A stretch of DNA of 64,000 nt from Octopus sinensis (lineage: Eukaryota): NCBI RefSeq assembly GCF_006345805.1, contig NC_043002.1, forward strand, positions 66,278,001 through 66,342,000, written 5' to 3'. The position numbers and the translations under genes were made by a program. Shown piece after piece: positions 48,545 through 59,800 of the stretch (positions within the stretch are counted from its first letter, which is position 1; every line of letters starts with the position of its first letter). The notes beneath the pieces were generated by a model. That model did not search any database and was not told the origin of the DNA. It was given only the letters and a program-made list of their open reading frames with translations.

Positions 48545-50436
48545 CCATCATCATCATCATCATTACTTAAGGACTGTTTTTTATGCTGGCATGGGTTGGA
48601 CAGTTTGACAAGAGCTGGCAAGGCCAGGAGCAGCATCAAGTTCCATTGTCCTTTTTGGCACGGTTTCTATAGCTGGATGCCCTTCCAAAAGCCAACCACT
48701 GCCAGCGTTTTTTATGTGGTACTATTGTCAGTGCATTTTACATGTTAAATGTAAATGTTTACATTTTCATTTGTTTTTAATTGAAGCACAAAACATAAGC
48801 CCTCAATTTTGGTGGGAGGGAATTCATTGATGATATAGGACAAGTAAGCAACTGGTACTTTACTTTATCCTAAAAGGATGAAAGGCAAAAGTTGACCTCA
48901 ACGGGATTTGAACCCAAAATGTTAAGAACCAAAGAAACATTGCTAAAGCATTTTGTCTGATACTCTAAGAACTCCACTAATCCCCACCCTTTTTGAAAAG
49001 ATAAATAATGATTTCAAATCTTTGGCACAAGACCAGTAATTGCAGGGCAGGGGATAGGTCGATTGCATTGACCTTAGTATTCAACTGGTATTATTTTATC
49101 GACCCTGAAGAGAAGAAAAGCAAAGCAGACCAAGGTAGAATTTGAACTCAGAACATAAAGACAGATGAAATGCGGCTAAGCATTTTGCCCAGCATGCTAA
49201 CAATTGTGCCAGCTTGCATTTATCATGATTATCATTGCTATTATTATTATTATTATTATCATTATTACTATTCAAAATGCTTAGTGGTATTTTGTTCGTC
49301 TTTATGCTCTGAGTTCAAATTCCATCAAGGTCAACTTTTTTTCATCCTGGGGGGGGGGGGGTCGATGAAATAAGTACCAGTTATGCACTGGAGTCAGTGT
49401 AATCGACTAGCCCCCTCCCCCAAGGTTTCAGGCCTTGTGCCTTTAGTAGATAGGATTGTTATTATTATTATTATTATTAGCAGTAGTAATAGCAGATAAC
49501 TAATGGAAACAAGAATCAATCTGATGATCATGATATTCAACGTAGGTCACAACACCAACTGAAACATTGGTTAGACAATGTACTACATCATTTAATACCA
49601 ACAGCAGGAAAAGGAAAGTCATATTTTGAGAAATAAAATAAAATAACAAACAGAGGGGGAAAAAAAAAAACAAAAACAAAACCTTACTGGTGTGCTAAAA
49701 AGAATTTCATAGTGCTATTTCCTACTGGAATCTATCTAAGCTGTACTGGACACAATACTGTGATATCATTTTGGAAGCTGGTGTGAAGGTCCAACTTCAT
49801 AGCAGTAGTTTCCAAACTTTTTCAGGCTGTCACCCGCTTGGCACATGGGCCACATTCCTAGTGCCCCACCTCACCCTCCCTACCACAACTATAGACCACT
49901 TTCTGCAGCAAATTCAAAACTGTATTTCACAAATAAAACTTAAACCTAATCAACCTATTAATATATTTTTTTTTTACATCTTTCACCCTATTTTGGTCAC
50001 CCCATTATCACCCCACTGGATCTTTTCACTGCACCCAAGGGGGCAGTATCGCCCACTTTGGGAACCATTAGTATATAGTAATGGAATTAGACTATGAAGA
50101 GAGCAGTAGCTAGGTTTGGTAAAAGCTGAAACACCCAGCATTTTGAGAAAACACACAAGTGAATATAATTAATGTAAGAGAAGCACTCAAGAACTTTAAA
50201 TAGACTTCTAACAGGAAAGCTATTTTGGCTTCCTTTAAGAAACTAGGAAGGACTTTTTCTTAAGTTGGCACAAACGAAAGCAAATATGATTTTGGAATTA
50301 CTTGAAGCAGAAATATGTAAACATGGTTATAATCAGTTGATAAGTAAGAGGGTAGAGTTTTAAGATTGGTAGAGCTGATAGAAGTAGGTGGCACAGACTT
50401 CCTACCGATTCAAATGTCAAAAGAAAGTAAAATAAT

Positions 50437-50471
<35 letters not shown>

Positions 50472-51000
50472 GTCAACATATTTGAATAGGAGATAAGATC
50501 TAAAATAGCATAAACAAATATAAAAAATACTAAATAAAAAAGAAACCCTAGTAGTCATTCAAAAGTGAGTATGATCTTGAAGCATGTACCATGCTTTTGT
50601 TAATTGTTTTTCAGTAGCTGTGTAACTGATTTCAAATTTTGGCACAAGGCCGACAATTTTCTAGGGAGGGGATAAGTTGATTACATCAACACCAGAGTTG
50701 AACTCTGAAAAGATGAAAGGCAGAGTTGACCTCTGCTGGACAAAATACCATTAAGTGTTATGCCCAGCATGTTAACACTTCTGTCAGCTTTGCCACCTTC
50801 AAAGCGCTAATAATAGTGGCTTCAAATTTTGGCAGAATGTCAGCAATTGCAGGGGAGGTGATTAGTCGATTACATTGAACCCAGGACTCAACTGGTGACC
50901 CAGAAAGGATGAAAGGCAAAATTTGAACTCAGCACGCCAGGTAAAACGCTGAACAGCATTTCATCCGTCTTTGTGTTCTAATGATTCTGCCAGCATGCCC
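48545..51000. mobile_element. intronic repeat cluster: Nin SINE (48545-48720 -), SINE C (48790-48990 -, 49015-49210 -, 49270-49450 +, 50630-50800 -, 50820-51000 -), hAT MITE (49803-50070)
   Basis: Family motifs as above; MITE TIRs CAGTAGTTTCCAAACT / CACTTTGGGAACCATTA with TSD-like CTTCATAG / GTATATAG. Confidence 0.75.
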
Positions 51001-51615
51001 TATAACTGCAAGCAAGTATAGACGTGCTTTTTGCCCTTCCATCCCTGAACCCAGTAGAACATACAGAATGTGGCAGCTAGGCTGGGGCTCGTTTTCTGCC
51101 AAGTCAACTGAAGTAGCAAGAAATGAAATGCTTAACCCGGGAATCAAACTCACTGCATTATTATTGTGAACCCAGCACCCTAACCAATAGGTCAATGGTT
51201 CCCAACCTTTTCACTACCAAGGACCCCTTTTATTTAAATGAGTTTTCCCCCTGATCCCAGGATACTGAAAAGTCTGTCAACTTAACATGTTCACAGACCC
51301 ACAGTACTATCTTTGTGGACCACCAGAGGTCTGCGGACCATTGCACTAGCTCATACACCATCGCTAAAAGAGTACTAAACATACTAAATCATTTAAACCA
51401 GGGTTTCTCAACTGGGGTCCATATAAGATTTTGCTGTTAAAATTTACACACAATAAATTGGTTATACTCCGACAATGCATAAAATATTTTAACCATCTTT
51501 CGATATATTCAACAGGTGTGAAGGTTCTATCAAAAATTGGCTCAGAACCATTGATCTGAACAGAGTTGCGTGAAGTAGCTTTGAATAAAATATATTCCTG
51601 TACTGTGATATTTAA

Positions 51616-51837
51616 CCCTTTGGCATTCAGATTACTGTCTACTCGTAATGTAATGCTTCTTTATACACTCTGTTGAATTAATCATGCATTATCTAATAGC
51701 TTGGAAATTTCAATGGCATGGTTGTATATTTTTAGAATGACATTGCAGGGTAAGTGTGCGAAGCTGAATCTGGCCAGTTTGAATATAAAACTGGTAAAAT
51801 ATTTGGGCTGGATATGGCTGGTTTAAGTGGTGAAAGG
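51616..51837 (+). mobile_element. piggyBac-like MITE
   Basis: TTAA|CCCTTTGGCATTCAG ... TGAAAGG|TTAA; TTAA at both ends. hAT-MITE fragments lie just upstream (51193-51345 and from 51398). Confidence 0.65.
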
Positions 51838-52114
51838 TTAACACATTCATGTAAGCTTGAGCTTGGGAAGATGTGTCAGTGTAGAAACAGTCTCAGGGGA
51901 AATTTCTCCTCTTTGACAACATGTGTGACAGTCACATAATCCAATGAGAACGAGAGAGAGTGTGTAATTTGGTGGCATGGGGTGGTTGGATTGGTAGGGT
52001 CCAATAGGTCTGAAGACTGCATTGAGCTGCTCTATATATATACATATACACACGTATGTGTGTGTTTTGCAATCGTACATATGTAAAATACTTTTATCTA
52101 TATTGAAAAATTAC

Positions 52115-52196
52115 CTTCAGCATCCAACATCCTGGGGATATCCAAGTATTTCTCAGCAACATCGAAGGCTGTGTTCAAATTCTCCAGTGGATTGTC
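52115..52196 (-). CDS. Actn: alpha-actinin exon (CH2; equivalent to vertebrate exon 7)
   Basis: [27 protein letters not shown](D); atctag/gtaatt; 82 nt. Confidence 0.98.
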
Positions 52197-54196
52197 CTAG
52201 ATTTAAAAATCAAAGAATAAATTTCAGAGGAATGTTAAAGAACTAAAAATTAAATACAAAAATGAAAATAGATAACAAAAAGACAATAATTTCCACAAAA
52301 CTGAACTTTTACACTGAAAAAGAAAACAGTAAAGCTAATGAGTAAAATAGTATTTTTGCAATTTTTTTTTTGTAATAATTTTTATGAGGGAATTATAACA
52401 AAAGAAACTAATTCAAACTAAGTGACATTGATGAAGACAGAACCACTGCAGGAATATAATGAACCTTATTATAGAGTTATTGTTTAGGCGAGGAAGGAAA
52501 AAAAGAGACCTTCAAAACAATTGAACGCCTAAAGTAACGATATTAGTTGTACTTAATGAAGAGGTTGCATGAACAATTATGACAAATGAATCCTAGCTTC
52601 ATCACTCATTTATATTTTGTAATTTTTCCCCAGCAACTCTCATCTTTAGAAAAGGAACATAACTTCTGGTTTTTTTTTTGCTTTTTTTTTTATATCTTTA
52701 ACTTCCACCATGTTTGTTTTTGTTACTCAAATTGTAAAGAGCAAACTTGTAGTTTTCAAATCTCAAAGTTAATGATGGTTTTATTCGACAGTTTGCTTTG
52801 ATGATATTAAAATGTCACGCATGAAGTTACATAGCAGGTCTCCATCTGCCAGGCTGGAATACAGCTAATGCATCCATTCCTAAAATCTAATACTCAATTT
52901 CTAGAATTTAATCGATAAACTAATATAAGAATGACACACGATTCACTCTGGTATAAAATGATGAGATATTAACAGTACCAACACTAGAGTACTGGTGCTC
53001 ACCCCAATTGACAGAAAAAAGTAGTTAGATTTTAAAAGATAACTAAGTGGGTTGCCTTTAGAATAGCATAAAATACTACATTTTCTACCCATGCAGTGGT
53101 TTAATATTTTTTTATTTTCTAAGGTATTGTTTCCAAGTTTTTTGAGGTAGAACAAATAGCAGCTACATTAGGAGGGAGTATTTATGTTGCAGTAAACGTG
53201 CATTTCTTGGGAACAATAACTACTAAAGCTTAATGTCATTACAAATAGAGTAATAATAATAAAAAAACAAAGGCAGGTTTTCAAACAAACTCCTAATACT
53301 AATCATATACTACTAAATATCAGTTATTAGTCAAATACAGCATATATTTATTTTTAAATAGCAAAAAAAAAAAAAAAAAGACAAAACAAAATATTAAACA
53401 AAATTACGAATCCTGATACAGGGTGTTGTTGATACTTGATATGGTAACTATAAATGTGCTACTTAGAATTTCCATGTCAATGACACAGTGATACAAATCT
53501 GGATTCTTTCATAAATGCTTTATGTAATAAAAGAGACAATGATGCTACTACATTTAATGTTCACCAGAATCATCTCTCTGACCGTTATTGCAGTCATAGC
53601 AGCAGCGGTGGTAAAGGATGGAGCTGTTATTTCATTACCATAAAGTTTACTTTCATCTCTTCCAAACATGGTTGCTTGTCAGAGAGCAGCATCCATCAGA
53701 AAAAAACAAGTGATGTCTTAAATAAAATAAAACAACATAAGCACCTCATCAAAGAACAACTTTGAAGGCAGTTTCTTTAGAAGTAGTCAGCTTTACAAAA
53801 TGAGTTACCATATCAAGTCTTATTTATTTTTTTTTTGTGTAAAATGAAACATGGAATTCAATAGCATTACAAATGCAAGGGCAAGACACTTGTTAAGTAG
53901 ATCTAATTGCAAGTAATAATTTCAAGAGAGAGAGAAACATAAGAAGTAAGAGAGGGAGAGAGAGAGAGAGAAAGAGTAGTCTATATTGTGAATAATAACA
54001 ATAGGCACCTCATTTACTAAAAATGGACAGCATTAATTATGTAATCAATGAACAGATAAGAGGTTTACAATTTTTTTTCTCTTCTGTAAAAATACATTTC
54101 AATATTGTGTATAATAATGGAGATTTAACACTGTAATAGACGATAATAGACAGTGTAGCACACAACATATGGCTTTGTATTCTGGTGACAAATTGA

Positions 54197-54223
54197 ATAT
54201 ATATATATACATCCATATATATA

Positions 54224-54265
<42 letters not shown>

Positions 54266-54695
54266 TACATACATATATATATATATACATATATATACAC
54301 ATATACATACACATATATACATACATATATACACATATATATATATATACACATACATACATATATATATATACACATACATATATATATACACATACAT
54401 ACATACATATATATATACACATACATACATATATATATACACATACATCCATACATATATATATACACATACATCCATACATATATATATACACATACAT
54501 CCATACATATATATATACACATACATCCATACATATATATATACACATACATCCATACATATATATATACACATATATACATACATATATATATATACAC
54601 ATATATACATACATATATATATATACACATATATACATACATATATATATATATACATATACATACACATATATACATACATATATACACATATA

Positions 54696-54731
<36 letters not shown>

Positions 54732-55213
54732 CACATATATATATATATATACATACATATATACACATATATATATACACATACATACATACATATATAT
54801 ATACACATACATACATACATATATATATACACATACATACATACATATATATATACACATACATACATACATATATATATACACATACATACATACATAT
54901 ATATATACACATACATACATACATATATATATACACATACATACATACATATATATACACATACATACATACATATATACACATACATACATACATATAT
55001 ATACACATACATACATACATATATATACACATACATACATACATATATATATACACATACATACATACATATATACACATACATACATACATATATATAT
55101 ACACATACATACATACATATATACACATACATACATACATATATATATACACATACATACATACATATATACACATACATACATACATACATACATATAC
55201 ATACATACATACA

Positions 55214-55297
<84 letters not shown>

Positions 55298-55369
55298 TAC
55301 ATACATATATATATATACACATATATACATACATATATATGATATATATGCACATACATATATGTATAT
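54197..55369. repeat. 1.17 kb compound (TA)/(TACA)/(CA) microsatellite with a 26-bp higher-order period
   Basis: Direct inspection; unit ACACATACAT(A/C)CATACATATATATAT. Confidence 0.95.
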
Positions 55370-55704
55370 TCTTCACATTGGCAAATACACTCACAAACAT
55401 TCTGTGTTGATAGATCTATCTATCTTTCTGCTCAACAAGGATGAATGAAAGCATTATTCCTTTGATTTGAATTCCTATAACTTCTAATAAAACTAATATT
55501 ATTCAGTATAGAGATGAAAGCCAAGTTTATGGCAATGAAATAACTAGACTATCAGTTTGTATTGTATCATGGGTAAGTTTCTTCTACTGGGAATATTCGT
55601 TATCAGTTTAGTATTGCTGTTGATAAGGGTACCAGATTGTTGTTATTGTCTGTCCCTAATTAGTTTTGATCAAAACCATCTGTAACATGGTGATCTATTA
55701 ACCC

Positions 55705-56060
55705 ATCAACGATGGTTTTAACATCCATTTTTCCATGTTTGCATGGGTCAGATGTCCTTCCTGTCTCTACCCTTCACCTGTTTCCAAGCATGTTAATATT
55801 TCCCCAGGGCCAGATATGTTTTCACAGAACATTGGAAATGAATGATACTACTTGTATATGAGGACACTTGATGTGATGTCAAGATGAGGAGACTTAATGT
55901 CATTCTGAGAAAACCTGTCGGAAAAATGGGAAATATCACTTTACTGAGATACAGGTGAGGGTTGGTGACAGGAGGTGCATCCAGTTGTTGAAAACCTGCT
56001 TCAATAACTCCATGGAAAAATGGACAAGAAAAGAGTTAAGAGGAGGACAATAATGTCCTA
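55705..56060. mobile_element. two Nin-domain SINE remnants in inverted orientation
   Basis: The reverse complement of 55705-55850 (GGGGAAATATT..ACAGGTGAAGGGTAGAGACAGGAAGGACATC..CATGGAAAAATGGA) matches 55925-56030 (GGGAAATATC..ACAGGTGAGGGTTGGTGACAGGAGGTGCATC..CATGGAAAAATGGA). Confidence 0.65.
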
Positions 56061-56886
56061 GACCATCAATGATGATGGAATACGAACCACCTATTGTTTA
56101 GCTGGTTAGCTGAACACCTTAAAACTCGGTCATCTAGTATGTATTGATCATTCAGACCAATTTTAAATCAGGCAGGTTGGAACTAGTCAAACTGTGTTGT
56201 TCAGGTAAGTTTACAGGCTGTGACTATTCCATGTGTGTTAGGTCTCTGTCTCTATTTATACCAAACTGTATATAATTAGACAAGGAGGACAACGTATTAG
56301 AAACCTTCTCATTTCTTTTACTGCGTTTCTACATCAAAATGGTAGTTTTGTAAAGGCTTTATGATGATGATGTAAATGACAATAACCAAGTTAAATAGCA
56401 TTTCTAATTTAAGGGACATCAGCAATGAAGTTGTTTTCCCAGCTGGAAACCTGACAGAATAAGGTTTATTCAATAATAACCAATAAACTTAAATTTTTTA
56501 TAATGAGCTTCTCAATTTCAGATGGCTGAATTGAATTGCCACTCCTTCTTTTGATAGAACTTTGCAACAGAAGTTTTCATAAATCTTCAAACAGTCGTAT
56601 CTCCTTCTTCCCCTACACACATTTCCCATTCTTTAACATCTGGTAAAGTAATTTATTTGGAAGCTATTTTAAAATAGAAGCAAAAACTTCAAATTTGTTA
56701 ACAGGAGTAAATTAAATAACCAGACTCTATTTTCCCAGAAATCTAGAGATAGGAAACAGAATACAGAAAGACAGAAGTTTCAGTAAATCCCAGTAAAAAA
56801 ACTGAATTTTTTTTTACCAAACTGGCTGAAGAGAGGAGAATAGTGTAAAATAAATGACTGCCTAAAAGCCGTTTCCTTCATACTAA

Positions 56887-56960
56887 CCCTTCAGCATTAA
56901 GATTATTCTGTCAAATGTAATGCTTATTTATTCAGATTGTTTCATGAATACATAAGCATT
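56887..56960 (+). mobile_element. piggyBac-like MITE 5' fragment
   Basis: CTAA|CCCTTCAGCATTAAGATTATTCTGTCAAATGTAATGC. Confidence 0.5.
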
Positions 56961-57599
56961 ACATCAAAGAATCTATCACTTACATCAAATAATCTTTCTA
57001 CTATGTCCTGGGCAATAAGCTATTACTTAACTTTGGTTCTTCATTTCACCCTTTTGATACCAAACTGACTGTAACTGCCCTTATTTTTATGGTACAGATT
57101 TCCTGTTTTAAAGGGATCTAAACAAAAACTTCCTATCAAAATTTCATATAAAATTATTTTCCAAAATTCAGGTTAATAATGATGAAGTAATTTTCTCTAC
57201 ATTATTTTTTAAATTAATTTGCAGCAGGCAAAAATTTCCTAAGAAAAAGGTCCACAGGTGGATCACAAGTTCTAACTCTTATATCTGTGTAAATCCTGTA
57301 TATATCTATGTATAATTTGATACACATTAATAAAGATAAGTTTAACACATTAAATTAATGCGTAACATCCTCATTAAAGTTGCCATTGAATTTAGGACGT
57401 TTATATTACTTATGAGGTATTGTATATTTTTCAGCTAAAGTGTAGTTGGGTCTCAAGAGGGTGGTATAAACCTAGTAATATGTTTTATAGTGTAAACAAA
57501 ATTTCCATTCAAATGGCAGTTACCGGACGATTCCTGACCATTTAAAGTCGTATTGGAAACACGACCTATGTCTCAAATAAGTATACAAATATTGAGTAA

Positions 57600-57714
57600 A
57601 TTTGAAGAGAAAAATTTACTATATTTTGTACATACGAGTATATCAGCCTGTGAGCACAATAAAACAGGCTCGCGAGCACAGTTGCGCCCGTGGGCAGGGG
57701 TTTCCCCAACCCTG
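57600..57714 (-). mobile_element. hAT/Charlie-like terminal fragment
   Basis: Reverse complement CAGGGTTGGGGAAACCCCTGCCCACGGGCGC, flanked by GTTTAAAA; similar to the terminus at 201. Confidence 0.5.
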
Positions 57715-58393
57715 GTTTAAAACATTGTGTATAAGAGGAGTCAAGTGCCATGACCAAACAAAACCTCATGATTTGCTTTTTTTTCTTCTTTTTGTTCTTG
57801 TCGAAGTGCAAACACTAAAGTTTGATGAATTGAAATTGTTACTTGCATCATTGTCAACTTCTAACTCAAACTTAATGAAACGGGGAGTATGCATTGTTTT
57901 TCGTAATTACTTAGTTGAAATCAAAACAAATGTCTTGCCTTAGAAAGAGAGTAACATCAACATATTTACATCAAGGAGAAACAGATTGGTGAAATAAAAG
58001 AAAAGGAAGAAAGAATAAATAAATGACTAAAGGAAAGGAAAGAAATATATATATAAAAAAAAAAAGAAACAGTTTTTAATAGTATCAAAGAAACAAGCAT
58101 TAATGGAGTGAGTAACAACAAACAAGTTAGTTGAGTTTAGTAACAATACTGAATGGTTAGAGAGACAACAGCAAGGACATTTAGAGAGAAAATTGCAAAC
58201 ACAAAACTACACTACAGGCTTGGTTGAGGAGAAGGCAACATGCAACGACTGACAATTGATTGAGACTTGAACAGAACATACATCATCATCGTCATTTGTA
58301 GGTGTTGAGAATTTCAGCTCGATTAATTATACCTGGGTGTTCAAAGATGGCTGTATAAGCCTTTTTATTCTCTTTTACCAGTATACATTTATA

Positions 58394-58550
58394 ATTCAAC
58401 ATCACTAAGAGTGACAAGGGTGCAGTGAGCACCAGCATTGCTAGAAATAGGAGTTGTAGAATCCTTAGCCACAAAAAGCACATGATCTCTATGCTAAGGA
58501 GTCTATGACTCCTATTTCTAGCAATGCTGGTGCTCTTAGTGATGGTGAAT
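58394..58550. repeat. long inverted repeat / fold-back
   Basis: 43-bp arms (58427-58469 and 58493-58535) with 3 differences, a 23-nt loop, and a 12-bp outer stem CATCACTAAGAG/CTCTTAGTGATG. Confidence 0.92.
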
Positions 58551-58591
58551 CATTTCCTTGGTTTTAAATTGCTGATAGTCACCTTAATTAT

Positions 58592-58643
<52 letters not shown>

Positions 58644-59489
58644 TGAATATGGATCGAAACAGGATTCAAATTTGATACACACACACACACACACAAACCT
58701 AAATATAAATATACATTATATATGAGTGACAAATGAGAGAGTCAATGTATAATCACACACACACTCCTTTCTTGTCACTTATCAACATCCATCACTCTCA
58801 TTCCCATTCCCCACCTCCAGTATTTCTGCTTTCATCACCCCCCATCCTCTCACTGTTTCTTCCCCCATCATGCTTTCCTATTGAACCTCCTTACCAATAA
58901 TCATTGTGTAGCTGCCTGTAGCTTTCTCTTGCTTATACTATTCTGTTTATCATCCTCCCACACCTAGTATACTAGTTCTCTTTGACTATTCTCCTCATCA
59001 TCTTTCTCTCTCCCTCTCTCTCTCTTGCTCTAATCCCTTTTCACTATTCTCTCTTCTATCTGCCAGAAATGAGGTAACTTTCTAGTGCCGGGGCAATTAT
59101 GAAATGTAGCCATTAGCAACAGAAAAAGCATCCAGCAGAAGAAGACAAGTTAAAAATAGAACATGTGAGAGAGTCATGATCCCTGACTCATCAAGGTGGA
59201 CAGTAGACCTGAATAAGAACTGATTTGCTCATGATGGCTCATCCAGCACATGCCAGCATGGGTTGAACACATTGCCTTAATCATAGTTACTACTTGGAGG
59301 ACTATGTCTAACTCATACACTCCAATTTTGGATTGGTTTCTATGATTGATAACTACTCTAACCCTAACAAACCACTTGACAAAATATAGTGGACACCTTT
59401 TAACAAGGAATCAGCTCTAGAGAAGCTGTTGTCCTTGACAAGACTAAGTGTCCTCTTGACTCTCTACTGTCCTGGCTCATTCATATATG

Positions 59490-59800
59490 TAAGAAAAGCT
59501 TGTTTAACCACGTGGGCAAGTGTCTTCTATTATAGCTCCAGGTTGACCAGTGCCCCAAGAGTGACTTTGACAGATGAAAACTATGTGGAAGCCCACCGTA
59601 TATGTGTATGTGGGTCTTTGTATTTGTGCTCCCCACTGTTTGACAACCAGTGCTGGTTCGTTTACATCCCCATCACATATCAAAGAGATTGCCAGAAAAG
59701 GTACCAGAGTCAATTTGTTTGACTAAATTTTTCAAGGCAGTGCTCCAGCATGGCCATTTTTACTCATTTCCAATGATTGGAACAAGTAGAAGAATAACAG
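59490..59800 (+). mobile_element. SINE family A-related, degenerate
   Basis: GGGCAAGTGTCTTCTATTATAGC, TTGACAACCAGTGCTGG, GGCAGTGCTCCAGCATGGCC, TGATTGGAACAAGTAGAAG. Confidence 0.75.

Noticed and set aside
53583-53670. Possible alternative first exon (MFGRDESK...AMTAIT|gtcaga) in phase with exon 7
   Set aside because: No promoter evidence, the peptide is unrecognisable, and the upstream part resembles a Nin-SINE remnant.
54037-55410. Four ORFs of 367-440 aa (YI/HT/VC/MY-rich)
   Set aside because: Stop-free translations of the TA/TACA microsatellite. The same applies to 22797-23321, 32065-32591 and 35340-35589.
58333-58350. 18-nt in-frame microexon candidate (PSLNTQ, cag/gtataa)
   Set aside because: The upstream sequence is purine-rich with no polypyrimidine tract; such matches are expected by chance in an 11.7 kb intron.
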